The translations under genes and the position numbers were made by a program. Below, piece by piece: positions 1 through 14,142 of a stretch of DNA of 64,000 nt. Every line of letters begins with the position of its first letter. Position 1 is the stretch's first letter. The DNA comes from Eledone cirrhosa (lineage: Eukaryota). A model generated the notes under the pieces. The model was not told the DNA's origin. It did no database searches and worked only from the letters and a program-made list of their open reading frames with translations. Location: positions 4,402,001-4,466,000 of the forward strand of contig OZ024746.1 in assembly GCA_964016885.1 (NCBI GenBank), written 5' to 3'.

Positions 1-1160
1 ACTAATATAGTCATACAGTTGTATATTGGTAAACTAATATATAGTAATACAGTTGTATATCTGTAAACTAATATATAGTCATACAGTTGTATATTGGTAA
101 ACTAATATAGTAATACAGTTGTATATCTGTAAACTAATATAGTCATACAGTTGTATGTTGGTAAACTAATATAGTAATACGGTTGTATATCTGTAAACTA
201 ATATAGTAATACAGTTGTATATCTGTAAACTAATATAGTAATACAGTTGTATAATGGTAAACTAATATATAGTAATACAGTTGTATATCTGTAAACTAAT
301 ATAGTAATACAGTTGTATATCTGTAAACTAATATAGTAATACAGTTGTATATCTGTAAACTAATATAGTAATACAGTTGTATATCTGTAAACTAATATAG
401 TAATACAGTTGTATAAAGGTAAACTAATATATAGTAATACAGTTGTATATCTGTAAACTAATATAGTAATACAGTTGTATAATGGTAAACTAATATATAG
501 TAATACAGTTGTATATCTGTAAACTAATATAGTCATACAGTTGTATAATGGTAAACTAATATATAGTCATACAGTTGTATATTGGTAAACTAATATAGTA
601 ATACAGTTGTATATCTGTAAACTAATATATAGTAATACAGTTGTATATTGGTAAACTAATATAGTAATACAGATGTATATCTGTAAACTAATATATAGTC
701 ATACAGTTGTATATTGGTAAACTAATATAGTAATACAGATGTATATCTGTAAACTAATATAGTAATACAGTTGTATAATGGTAAACTAATATATAGTCAT
801 ACAGTTGTATATTGGTAAAATAATATAGTCATACAGTTGTATATTGGTAAACTAATATAGTAATACAGTTGTATATTGGTAAACTAATATATAGTCATAC
901 AGTTGTATATCTGTAAACTAATATATAGTCATACAGTTGTATATCTGTAAACTAATATATAGTCATACAGTTGTATATCTGTAAACTAATATAGTAATAC
1001 AGTTGTATATCTGTAAACTAATATAGTAATACAGTTGTATATTGGTAAACTAATATATAGTCATACAGTTGTATATCTGTAAACTAATATATAGTCATAC
1101 AGTTGTATATCTGTAAACTAATATAGTAATACAGTTGTATATTGGTAAACTAATATAGTA
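1..1160. repeat. 29-31 bp AT-rich minisatellite
   Basis: Tandem ACTAATAT(AT)AGT(A/C)ATACAGTTGTATAT(CT/TG)GTAA units, running off the window start. Confidence 0.95.
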
Positions 1161-1218
1161 AATAACCTTATCCTAAGTATATTGATCTGGAAGATAAGAC
1201 CAGAGTGGTTGGTGGCGT

Positions 1219-1812
1219 ATGTCGGGTGGCAGTTTGTGTGTGTGTCGGGTGACCGTCTGTGTGTGTGTGTGTTGGGTGACAGTCTGTATGTGTATCGGGT
1301 GACATTCTGTGTGGGTGAGTGTCGGGTGACATTCTGTGTGTGTGTGTGTCGGGTGACAGTCTGTGTGTGTATGTCGGGTGACAGTCTGTGTGTGAGTGCC
1401 GGGTGACAGTCTGTGAGTGTGTGTGTGTCGGGTGACAGTCTGTGAGTGTGTGTGTGTCGGGTGACAGTCTGTGAGTGTGTGTGTGTCGGGTGACAGTCTG
1501 TGTGTGTGTGTCGGGTGACAGTCTGTGTGTGTGTGTGTGTCGGGTGACAGTCTGTGTGTGTGTGTGTGTCGGGTGACAGTCTGTGTGTGTGTGTGTGTCG
1601 GGTGACAGTCTGTGTGTGTGTGTGTGTCGGGTGACAGTCTGTGTGTGTGTGTGTGTCGGGTGACAGTCTGTGTGTGTGTCGGGTGACAGTCTGTGTGTGT
1701 GTCGGGTGACAGTCTGTGTGTGTGTGTGTGTCGGGTGACAGTCTGTGAGTGTGTGTGTGTCGGGTGACAGTCTGTGTGTATGTGTTGGGTGACAGTCTCT
1801 GTGTGTGTGTGT
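1219..1812. repeat. GTCGGGTGACAGTCT(GT)n compound minisatellite
   Basis: Constant 15-mer separated by variable (GT)n. Confidence 0.95.
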
Positions 1813-1910
1813 GTATTTTTACTTCAGTTGTTCTTAGTATTTAGTCAACGAAGAAATGGCATTGTCCATGATCCTTTTCTGGAACTCCGACACTAGCGAG
1901 AGGGTAGGGC

Positions 1911-1991
1911 CATATATAGATATATAAACACCTACATATATATATATATATATATAAACACATACATATATATAGATATATAAACACATAC

Positions 1992-2043
<52 letters not shown>

Positions 2044-2065
2044 ACACACATATATATATATATAA

Positions 2066-2107
<42 letters not shown>

Positions 2108-2528
2108 ACATACATATATATATATATAAACACATACATATATATATATATAAACACATACATATATATATATATATATAAACACATACATATATATATA
2201 TATATAAACACATACATATATATATATATATATAAACACATACATATATATATATATATAAACACATACATATATATATATATATATAAACACATACATA
2301 TATATATATATATATAAACACATACATATATATATATATATAAACACATACATATATATATATATAAACACATACATATATATATATATAAACACATACA
2401 TATATATATATATATAAACACATACATATATATATATATATATATAAACACATACATATATATATATATAAACACATACATATATATATATATATAAACA
2501 CATACATATATATATATAAACACATACA

Positions 2529-2562
<34 letters not shown>

Positions 2563-2583
2563 AACACATACATATATATATAA

Positions 2584-2639
<56 letters not shown>

Positions 2640-2645
2640 ACATAT
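1911..2645. repeat. AACACATAC(AT)n compound microsatellite
   Basis: Direct inspection. Confidence 0.95.
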
Positions 2646-3180
2646 GATGGCTGTACCTTGATTTCTAGAATTGCCATCACCTGATCCTTTAGTCACACAA
2701 GGGTGACACGGACATGATGTTTCAGTCCCGTCATGGAGTTACGTTCCATTCCGCAGATGCTGCAGCTAAATGATCCTCAAATTATAGAACACAGCTTTGA
2801 ATAAAGAACACATTGGATAATGTAATCCTAGCAGCCCCTAAAGAACTGGATAATATAGGATATAATGTATATAATATAGGATATAATGTATAGTCAATCA
2901 TAGATCTGTTTAACGAACGTGGGCCTGGCACTTAAAATCTATAGGAACAATAACGACATTTATATATTTAGATTAAGCCAACAAAGATGGTCGCTTTGGC
3001 AGAGTCGGTGGTGGGTTGGTTGCCCGTGTTCTGAGTCTAAATATTGCCGGTGTCCATTTTACCTTTCAGAGTCTATCAAATGAACTAGCCCAGTGTTGGT
3101 GTATCCCTTACTTGTTTCAGCAAATAACACAGTACAATGAAGAAATATATTATTAGTTTTACGATTGATATAGTAGGAAC

Positions 3181-3222
3181 AGAGTCTTAACGTTTCGGGC
3201 GCTAGTCCTTCACCAGAAAATA
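3181..3222 (-). ncRNA. degenerate minimal HHR motif (PLE pLTR remnant)
   Basis: Minus strand TTTT-CTGGTGA-AGGACTAGCGCCC-GAAACGTT-AAGA; related copies at 34196-34240 (-) and 35180-35220 (+). Confidence 0.45.
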
Positions 3223-3544
3223 TAATGAGAAATTAATGAAGAAATAGAACGAAAGAGTAGACGGGCAGTGGTGGAAACAAAATCAAAATTTGTCATGTTG
3301 TCATCACTAATAGGAAGAAATTCATATACATAACTAAGTAAAAAAGAATGAAATATTCTATAATGATTTCAAACATAGGCACAAGGTCAACCATTTTGGA
3401 GTATCGTATATTTGATTATATCAGTCATAATATTTATTTAGTATATATTTTATCGACATATTGGATGACGGAACATAAAATTCAATTGAACACAAAGCGT
3501 AAAGGGGCATAAACACTGTCAAGTATTTTGACGGTCGCTCTAAT

Positions 3545-3725
3545 GTTTCTACTTTTAGCACAAGGCTAGCAATTATCCCAGTACATTACTGGTACTTTAT
3601 TTTATCGACCCCGTAAGGATGAAAGGCAAAGTTAACCTCGGCGGGATTTGAACTCAGATCGTAAAGGGATGTAACTATGCTAGAAAGCGTGGCGTCCAAC
3701 CCTCTACCGATACTGCCAGTTCACA
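3545..3725 (-). mobile_element. tRNA-derived SINE, family 1
   Basis: A box TGGCAGTATCGG, B box GAGTTCAAATCC, core GCCTTTCATCCTTACGGGGTCGATAAAATAAAGTACCAG. Confidence 0.9.
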
Positions 3726-3804
3726 ACAATGCAAGACGTTCATATACTACGGACACAGTCAGTTTTAAGAATATCATTCTCTCATATACACTTACGTAAG
3801 AATG

Positions 3805-5304
3805 TAGATACACGAATATATATATATATACACTCTAATATATACACTAATATATTCACACGAATATATACACATGAATATAGATATACACACGAATATA
3901 TACACACTAATATATATACACTAATATATACACACGAATATAGATACACACACGAATATATACACAGTAATATATACACCAGCCGAAATACACAGTAATA
4001 TATACACCAGCCGAAATACACAGTAATATATACACCAGCCGAAATATACAGTAATATATACACCAGCCGAAATACACACGAAGTGTGTATCTGCATGGTT
4101 TAACTCAATCCCATTACTACACTAGGGCTTGGTGAACACAACCACAAGGATATGGTCCGAACGGGGAAGAGCTCAACTCCCACTGTCATCGCCTTCATCT
4201 CTCTGACCCTCCCCATCTCTCCGTATGGTGAGCAAATGGGGTCCCACGTGCTGGCTTCTCCATCGCCGCGGCGGACAGAATAGAGAAGGCGTTTCCCCGG
4301 AGGATGGTAAGAGAGATGCGCTGGAAGAGCTATTCCATCTCGCGAGGCTCACACCTGCGGCTGGTCAGCTCAGCGCCCATGGTGGTGAGTAGGGAGGTAG
4401 CCCTAGGGGTACATGAATATATACACAAGTTGAAATACACAGTAATATATACACCAGCCGAAATATACACTAATATATACCCCAGTCGAAATATACACTA
4501 ATATATACACCAGCCGAAATACACAGTAATATATACACCAGCCGAAATATACACTAATATATACCCCAGACGAAATATACACTAATATATACCCCAGTCG
4601 AAATATACACTAATATATACACCAGCCGAAATATACACTAATATATACACCAGCCGAAATATACACTAATATATACACCAGCCGAAATACACAGTAATAT
4701 ATACACCAGCCGAAATATACACTAATATATACCCCAGACGAAATATACACTAATATATGCCCCAGTCGAAATATACACTAATATATACCCCAGTCGAAAT
4801 ATACACTAATATATACACCAGTCGAAATATACACTAATATATACACCAGTCGAAATATACACTAATATATACACCAGTCGAAATATACACTAATATATAC
4901 ACCAGCCGAAATATACACTAATATATACACCAGCCGAAATATACACTAATATATACACCAGCCGAAATATACACTAATATATACACCAGCCGAAATATAC
5001 ACTAATATATACACCAGCCGAAATATACACTAATATATACACCAGCCGAAATATACACTAATATATACACCAGCCGAAATATACACTAATATATACCCCA
5101 GTCGAAATATACACTAATATATACACCAGCCGAAATATACACTAATATATACACCAGCCGAAATATACACTAATATATACACCAGCCGAAATATACACTA
5201 ATATATACACCAGCCGAAATATACACTAATATATACACCAGCCGAAATATACACTAATATATACACCAGCTGAAATATACACTAATATATACACCAGCCG
5301 AAAT
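3805..5304. repeat. ~28 bp minisatellite (ATATATACACCAGCCGAAATATACACTA), interrupted at 4081-4411
   Basis: Tandem units on both sides of a GC-rich insert. Confidence 0.95.
4081..4411 (-). mobile_element. 3' fragment of CRE-clade non-LTR retrotransposon
   Basis: Minus strand reads PRATSLLTTMGAELTSRRCEPREME*LFQRISLTILRGNAFSILSA, matching the LFQRISxxxxRGNA C-terminus of CRE ORFs. Confidence 0.7.
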
Positions 5305-5443
5305 CTCCTGGGTGAATCTGTCCCATGATGAGTTTCATATTTTCATATCGCATGCCCCCCCCCCCCCCTAAACACCTTTGTTAGGGTTACCGCTTTATTA
5401 TTCAAACATGCATTATGTTGTATTGAGATATATACGTGTGTGT

Positions 5444-5507
<64 letters not shown>

Positions 5508-5826
5508 TTTAAAGACGTAGTGGGTCTAGAACTATCCAACATAACCTTTTAGACAATAGTTTAAGGAGGAATTGGCTGCCATTTCTAGCAAGCAGAACAC
5601 CAAGTAAAGCCCCCCCCCCCCCCTAGTGTTGTTATTGTTAGTGGTGATTGTTGTGGTGCTGATGTTTTTTGCTCTGGTCATTAATTCTTCTCTTAATAAT
5701 GTTATTTTCGTTAAAGTAAAGATTATATGTATGTACACACACATACACACACACACACACACATACATACATATATATGTATATGTGTGTGTATGCATGT
5801 ATGTATGTGCGTGTATGCATATATAT

Positions 5827-5900
<74 letters not shown>

Positions 5901-6851
5901 TATCTCTTTCTCTCTCTTACTGCTCCCTCGCTCTCTCTGTTTCTCCTACTTTCTTTCGCCCCCTCTGTCATGTCAGTTAACTCTTCCTCACACTTCCACT
6001 CACTCACTCACTGTTTCTCCTCTTCTCACTTCATCCCGTTCGCGACGAAATCATTTTCTCTCTTTCTCACATTTGAATTCGCTCCTGAAAGGTCTTTTTT
6101 CTAAGCGCTCATATATTCACCTAGCTTATGCTAACAGAATAACTATGAAGCTTGTTCCCTTCCTTCTACGGTTAGCTATCCTCTTTGTTGTTATCTTGTT
6201 TCACTCGCTTTACGCGTTTTAATTGTCCTAATAACTTAATTTAGTTATTATTGCACCGACGTGAGGTATATGATTTTTAATGCAATGAAATATCTATGAT
6301 CGTCGGCAAATCACTGATGAGGGACTTATTTTATTACATGTTATCCATGTGCAACCAGCAGTATTCTTCTCCCCATTTTTTCATATATATATATACTTAT
6401 TAAAAAAACAAAAAAAAATACAGGAGGCAATTTTTACACAGTTATATTAGGTTCACGCTTTCCAAACACACGCACACACACGCACGCACACAAACACACA
6501 CAAACACACACATATATATGAGCGTGTGTGTGTGTATGACGACACTATTAGATAACAATCCTATTATTGTTCATCTATTTGCAAATGTGATGCAATCTGC
6601 CTCTGTGTGTAGGCAGCCATGTTTCTAGCGTAAATCACATACAATTATGATATAAAACTATTTCATTTGTTAGAAGAAGACAATAAAACATATGAGGGAT
6701 GGTCAGTAATTGAGTTTCAAAATATATAAAGAAACACATAAACATATCAATAAATAGATAAATGTATTGTTTTTTAATATGAGAAAAAGAAGGAAATTTG
6801 TAATTTAAGGTTTATGTAAAAAGCAAGTGGTTATAATGCGTATAGAATAAT

Positions 6852-7031
6852 TGTTTCTACTTTTGGCACAAGGCCAGTAATTAACCAGTACATTACTGGT
6901 ACTTTATTTTATCGACCCCCGTAAGGATGGAAGGCAAAGTTAATCTCGGCGGGATTTGAACTCAGAATGGCAAGGGCCGTAACTCTATACGTGAAAGCAT
7001 GGCGTCTACCGACATTGCTAATCCACCGCCC
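6852..7031 (-). mobile_element. SINE family 1, near full length
   Basis: Same head and core as 62388-62541. Confidence 0.9.
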
Positions 7032-7157
7032 TGTGTATAGAATAATGTCGTGTCTTTATTAGTGAGAAGGACCGAAACATGAGGAACAATACAAGAGACA
7101 AGGCCTGTGGGGGTTTACAGAATAGTGAAAACCTGTCAACTAATCTAATAGATAACA

Positions 7158-7287
7158 ATAAACAATAAATTAATAACAATAGAAATAAATTTGTCAATAG
7201 GAGAAGCATCACCCCACAGCCCGAATCTGTGGGTGATGCTTCTCCTATTGACAAATTTATTTCTATTGTTATTAATTTATTGTTTAT
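7158..7287. repeat. near-perfect palindrome (~62 bp arms)
   Basis: ATAAACAATAAATT...CATCACCCCACAG / CTGTGGGTGATG...AATTTATTGTTTAT. Confidence 0.9.
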
Positions 7288-9129
7288 AGTAGTGTAAAGT
7301 CAGAAGATACTCTTGTTTTCTTACAGCAGCAGTGTATGAGTGCGTGTTCAGTGTTTTCTTTTCGACAGAAGAACACCCCCCCTCTCCGCTCACCTGCAAA
7401 TTTTAAAATACCAGATTCATAATAAAAATAGTGGATTTAGAGACTGCAGGCGATCTGAGAACCTTGACATTTTAACTCCAATATTCTGCCACTGAGCAAC
7501 ATATTGTTGATCAACAAGCTTTCCCTTTAGCATCAGCATCACATAATCGGTTTTTTAAGTGATACGAGACCAAGGGATATATGTTTTCATATTATCCTTA
7601 TCACATACTTCTATACGCAAAGGTGACTATAGATTTATAAATATATATATACACACACGTACACCTATCTATATTTAAACACACAAATATATCCCGATAT
7701 GTACTAAGGTTCGTTCAAATGTCGCTCTTCCTATATCACTTAGTATGATATAAGCACTTAATCGAAATCAATATATATTTATAGATTAGTAGTAACTCAT
7801 CAAAGTATTGATCGAATACAAATACGACCAGTGGGATACAAAAATACATCAACCAAATTTAAAACCTTATTAGTGAACATCTTCGATCCACAATCAATAG
7901 AAAGGTTCAGAAGAATTTGAGAAAATCGATAGCAACAAAAGCCTTACGCGGGAAAAGTGTCAAGACGGACTTTAGGAAGAAAATGATGTATTGGAAATTC
8001 ATCATATTTAATTCCATCTGGCTTATTTTCTTATTTTAAAGCCGTCGCTGCTTTTTCGAACGGCTTAGTAGAGAGCGAAATATAAGCTGTAAAATACGTA
8101 TATCTAAAAACATTGCTTACAAGTGATCTAGAAGCTAACCAAGGCTCTCCATCATTCCACTTCTTTGTACTGATGGTCAATGCCATAAAAGCTTAACGAA
8201 CGATGCTCACATGCATTCAACATCAGGCATTTCTTTGAATGATATTAAAAAAATGATATCACAACAAAAACAAACAGGAAGCTATTAACTTGATATCATC
8301 TAAACAACTCACCACCAACTCATAATAAGAAAAGTGGAACAACAAACAAAAAATTATCTTCTTCACCACAAACACTACAAACCAAAAGATCACTTCATTT
8401 ATGTTATTTGAAGAGATTTTTAAAGATTATTGCTAAATACTTCTCACCGTAGCTGACCTTTGCTTGTTTACTCCCTTAAAATATTCTGCTATCTTTAAGG
8501 GTTCAATAACCTTTCCAATACCAATTTAGCTTTCTTTCGTCCCTTTTCTTTTATATTCCTTCTCCTATTGATATCTTTTTCTGTCCTTAATTTTCTTTTT
8601 CCTTCCATTATCCTGCTTCTTTCTTGTTATTCAACATTCGCGTTTTTTCCCTACCTCTGTGTATTTATATATTTTACCATATATATATTTTCTTCCTTTT
8701 CCAACAATAACCTACAAGTAAACGGACCACACACAAACTAATCGTATTTTAATACATGCAACTCTAGATATGAGTGACGTAGGACACAAAGAAAACACTT
8801 AACAAGCAAATTCTGTCAGTTGGTTTCGATTCCAGGCTGGGTTATGTTAATCTATTTCATATAAATCGTTATCTTTGAAAAATGCATATATGTCATCTTG
8901 TCATACTCATTCAAAAGTATATAAATATGATCCCTTGCATTTATGTATATATGCATATCTAAATACAGAAACACATACATATATATCCATGTATGGTGCC
9001 GTAACTAGTGAAGGAGTCTTAGGTGTGTGTGTGGGGGGGGGGGGTTATTTGACATACAGCCTTTCTAAGGTATTTGTAAATCTGGCGGAACATATCCCTC
9101 TCGAGATCTGACGACACCAGATTTCTTGT

Positions 9130-9380
9130 GAGAAAGAAATAGAGGACTGGTACTGATTCAATGGACTTGGAATGGATGAAAGGCAGAGTCGACCTTGGTG
9201 GGAAAAGGCAGAGTTGACCTCGGTGGGAAAAGGCAGAGTCGACCTCGGTGGGAAAAGGCAGAGTCGACCTCGGTGGGAAAAGGCAGAGTCGACCTCGGTG
9301 GGATTTGAACTGAGGGAAGAAAACTCGAAACAAATACTGCAAAGCATTCTAGCCGACATTCTAACGACTCTGCCAATTCG
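9130..9380 (-). mobile_element. SINE family 1 relative with internal 25-bp tandem expansion (5 units)
   Basis: AGGCAGAGTCGACCTCGGTGGGAAA x5 at 9181-9302 between the SINE core and the B-box complement. Confidence 0.8.
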
Positions 9381-9389
9381 TTACTTATA

Positions 9390-9514
<125 letters not shown>

Positions 9515-9637
9515 TAATGTTTTTGTTTTTATATCGGCAATATTGGCAACATGGCTATCCCCAAATATAAAACTATCGGTTCCAACACACGATTTCACAT
9601 GAGGAATCTTGCAGAACACGTACATAAACGTTTAATA

Positions 9638-9705
<68 letters not shown>

Positions 9706-9808
9706 ATGCGATGAAATATCAATGATGGTTGGCAAATGACTGACGAGGGACTAATTTTATCATATGTAACCCATGTGCAACCACGCAGTATTCTTCTTTC
9801 TTCTCATG

Positions 9809-9847
<39 letters not shown>

Positions 9848-10007
9848 ATATATGTGTGTATATATGTGTATATATATACAGTTTAGAATCCATATTCAAT
9901 AAACAAACCAGGATTTTTCATTCTGAGGATTGAAAGCAAAACCTTTTGCTTTTAAGAAACCACTGGTAAATGGAATAATTGCCTTATGTTGTTTATTACA
10001 TAATAAT

Positions 10008-10066
<59 letters not shown>

Positions 10067-10069
10067 TAG

Positions 10070-10275
10070 TAATAATAATAAATGTGAAGACTAAAATCCA
10101 AAGAGTGCTCGATAAGGATAATATATATATCAAATATATAAGAACCCTAGAGCAGATATTTATAAAAATAACAGATTAAAGTTTAAGCAGAGAATCGCTG
10201 CTTTCACCCTTAAGAAGATCCCGTTAAGGTTGAGCGCAGCGATTCTTTGCTTAAACTTTAATCTGTTATTTTAAT
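10070..10275. mobile_element. (TA)n-embedded module A with head-to-head inversion
   Basis: Inverted arms 10165-10272; homologous to 21548-21731 and 51181-51275. Confidence 0.75.
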
Positions 10276-10277
10276 TA

Positions 10278-10355
<78 letters not shown>

Positions 10356-10370
10356 CTGTGTGTATACATA

Positions 10371-10580
10371 TAGGGAATAGAGTTAGGACCCCGACGGCAG
10401 AGCTCAAGCCGTTTCTACGGCTATTTCTGGACTATTTTCAGAAATAGCCGTTGAAACAGCTTGAGCTCTGCCGTCGGGGTCCTGACTATTTTCCTATTAC
10501 CCACTCTACTACTCCAAAGTATCGAGTACTCTGGTGCCTTATGGTCCACCTGGTTCCTTACCACACTTCCTTCGTTATGT
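10371..10580. mobile_element. (TA)n-embedded palindromic module B
   Basis: Arms TAGGACCCCGACGGCAGAGCTCAAG.../...CTTGAGCTCTGCCGTCGGGGTCCT; second copy at 51367-51562. Confidence 0.8.
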
Positions 10581-10827
10581 ATTTATATATGTTCAGGGTG
10601 TCCCAAAACAACATTCTAATAAAAGTGTGTGTACATTTTGTGGGGATTTATATATATATATATGCAGATGTTATATTTAATTTGTTGGGATTCAACAAGC
10701 TTAAACATTTTTATAACTGATATAAACCACTCAACAGTTTAGTGGAGTAAATACTATCCAGGAAGCTCCAACCGTTAAGGTTGTCTTTTTTCCTGGTATG
10801 TCAATATTTATTTATAAAACAAATCTG

Positions 10828-10893
10828 TATTTTATCTGATGAAAGCGCACCATAATTTGCCTTGGTTGCCCTTGAAATATATATAATAAAATA
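10828..10893 (+). ncRNA. type I HHR (module C, 10665-10922)
   Basis: Stem I TATTTTAT/ATAAAATA, CTGATGA, stem II, GAA, palindromic stem III ATATATAT, H17=A. Confidence 0.8.
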
Positions 10894-11255
10894 AATATGG
10901 TTTTATAAATATAGTTTCCATTACAGCGTATTGCAAAATACACTGTATATACATTCATATATATATCGCTATTTCAGAGCACCAATTCTAATTTTCAATT
11001 TCTGCCTGACCGGCAACCGCTCTGTATAATCAGTTCCTGATTATTACTAGAATTCTATAAGAATCAAACATTCATGATTTTCAGTAAACAGGTGGAGTAC
11101 TTGGCTTTGACAAGTACCAATCAGTACGAAACAGAGCTCTGTCAGCTTTATCTCCCCTGTTTGCTGAAAATTTAATGTAAGTGAGGCTGTCACTACTCTA
11201 AAACAAATGCTTTTAATTAAGCATACAGTGTATTGCAAAATACACTATATATACA

Positions 11256-11350
<95 letters not shown>

Positions 11351-11867
11351 GTGTATTTGTGGATTTAGTCACAATTGACTGTGCGAGTAATCAAGCCGAG
11401 TCAGCAATTCCTTTAGAAACCAACACACCATAATATACAATTTAAGAGGGAACCTCTATGTGGTTGCTTGACCTGCTACAAATATCAGCCAAATCTTCCT
11501 CAAAGGTCACCCTAACGTTCCACAATAAATGGCGTGTATATTGTATAGATATATATACAAGTACATAATAGCTTCATGGGCACGCTTGAAATCTCTTAGT
11601 AGCACTACATGTTTAAAGTAGCTTGGTTTAACACCAACACTAATATAACTGATATATTCTACATAACAGAGTATAAAACACACCTTATTACAGTTTATGT
11701 CAAACATAGCTGTTTTCATTTAATTGTTTCACCATCAAAATACATATAAAATTTACTCCTAATGTTTGTTGAAATAAACGACTGATAATTTAGTAGAATG
11801 AACACAAGGGAGTTGAAAATCATAATAAAAAATGAATAAAACATACATTGATTTTCAACTTTACGAT

Positions 11868-12980
11868 TCTACTGCTGCCTACAACAGAGAACAATTCCTA
11901 CTTCCTGAATTCTACTTACAGTTTCTACCGCTGCCTACAACAGAGAACAGTTCCTACTTCGTGAATTCTACTTACAGTTTCTACCGCTGCCTACAACAGA
12001 GAACAGTTCCTACTTCGTGAATTCTACTTACAGTTTCTACCGCTTCCTACAACAGATAACAGTTCCTACTTCGTGAATTCTACTTACAGTTTCTACCGCT
12101 TCCTACAACAGATAACAGTTCCTACTTCGTGAATTCTACTTACAGTTTCTACCGCTTCCTACAACAGATAACAGTTCCTACTTCGTGAATTCTACTTACA
12201 GTTTCTACCGCTTCCTACAACAGATAACAGTTCCTACTTCGTGAATTCTACTTACAGTTTCTACCGCTGCCTACAACAGAGAACAGTTCCTACTTCGTGA
12301 ATTCTACTTACAGTTTCTACCGCTTCCTACAACAGATAACAGTTCCTACTTCGTGAATTCTACTTACAGTTTCTACCGCTTCCTACAACAGATAACAGTT
12401 CCTACTTCGTGAATTCTACTTACAGTTTCTACCGCTGCCTACAACAGAGAACAGTTCCTACTTCGTGAATTCTACTTACAGTTTCTACCGCTTCCTACAA
12501 CAGATAACAGTTCCTACTTCGTGAATTCTACTTACAGTTTCTACCGCTTCCTACAACAGATAACAGTTCCTACTTCGTGAATTCTACTTACAGTTTCTAC
12601 CGCTTCCTACAACAGATAACAGTTCCTACTTCGTGAATTCTACTTACAGTTTCTACCGCTTCCTACAACAGATAACAGTTCCTACTTCGTGAATTCTACT
12701 TACAGTTTCTACCGCTGCCTACAACAGAGAACAGTTCCTACTTCGTGAATTCTACTTACAGTTTCTACCGCTTCCTACAACAGATAACAGTTCCTACTTC
12801 GTGAATTCTACTTACAGTTTCTACCGCTTCCTACAACAGATAACAGTTCCTACTTCGTGAATTCTACTTACAGTTTCTACCGCTTCCTACAACAGATAAC
12901 AGTTCCTACTTCGTGAATTCTACTTACAGTTTCTACCGCTGCCTACAACAGATAACAGTTCCTACTTCCTGAATTCTATT
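11868..12980. repeat. 56-bp minisatellite, ~20 copies
   Basis: GAATTC recurs every 56 bp (11963, 12019...); two linked variants GCTG..GAGA and GCTT..GATA. Confidence 0.95.
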
Positions 12981-14142
12981 TAAAGTTAATGTGTCTGGAG
13001 TTTTTCATAGCTAAGTAATTTGGAAATAGAAAATAAGCAATACCAATTACATAACGATTTAGTCACAGTTATCTTCTTGACGAAGTCACTCACAATCTAA
13101 CTAAATATATTATCCTAAACCAAACGATGCGTGTTAGAAACTGACGAATCCCATGACATATTCTGGATATCATGTTCATTCTGACTCAAGAATAAGTATT
13201 GAGAATAAGAACCAACAGCCACAGCTTTCTTTTTAGTATTTTATCCAGAACAGCGATGGCAGTGTCTATAGGTCACTGAGTAAATAATAATCACTTCAGT
13301 TGTTACGTCGTTTCAAGCTGAAGCTGAGTAAAAGAAGAGTGCAAGTGGGTTGTTTTATTCGGAATGAAATGCTTCAGTTAATGTATCAAGTGAAGTTTAA
13401 CAAGAGACACTATGTTTTGAATAAGATAAACTATGAGAGAAATGTAATTGTGGATAGCTGCCAATAGAAATATCTTGACATATTAATAGTAAGGGTAAGA
13501 GCTCATTCTTGCAACGAGAGAAAACACAAGAAATCTCTGCACATTAGATTAATGATTGAAGATTTTGACGTCAATGTTTGAAGGTGTTATCTAGAAGTTC
13601 TGGTGACAGAAACAGAGCATGATATGTAATGAGAAATTACTGGGATGCCATTACTATGTACTCAGTGTTCCGTGTTACAACATCATCAATGTCATTAAAC
13701 AACATTGATTAGGTTCTTGTTGACTTCCAGTTATCAGTTCCATTCCAACCTTTCCGTTATTGGTACTACAGTTAATATAAGAGGATTTCTTATTAGAGAA
13801 ATAATATTGATTAGCTCAGTCATATTGCTATCACGTTGTTATCCATATATAGTAGTGGTGGCATTCCGTCAGTTACGACGACGAATGTTCCAGTTGATAC
13901 AAGCAATAGAACAGCCAACTCATAAAATTAACGTGCAAGTGGCTGAGCATTCCACAAACACGCGTACCCTTCAAGTACTTCTCAGGGATATCTGTATATA
14001 TCCTAAAGAAAATTCATCCAAGACAGTTGTGTTTGTTCTCTACATATTCATTATAACATTCAGTGAGTATATTTCATAACCAATTCACGAGAACAATTTT
14101 ATAGAGAATATGTTAGTTTAACTCGAGGAAAAGTAGTCATGT

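Noticed and set aside
6276-6385. CTGATGA/CTGACGA motif in a repeat shared with 9702-9812
   Set aside because: A real dispersed repeat, but there is no downstream GAAA with pairable stems, so it is not called an HHR
8190-8410. Possible decayed PLE endonuclease C-terminus (QKIIF-like)
   Set aside because: Too degenerate to support without alignment
10922-11270. ~45-bp direct repeats at 10922 and 11223 as LTR or TSD
   Set aside because: No TG..CA ends, primer-binding site or TE coding inside; treated as a local duplication
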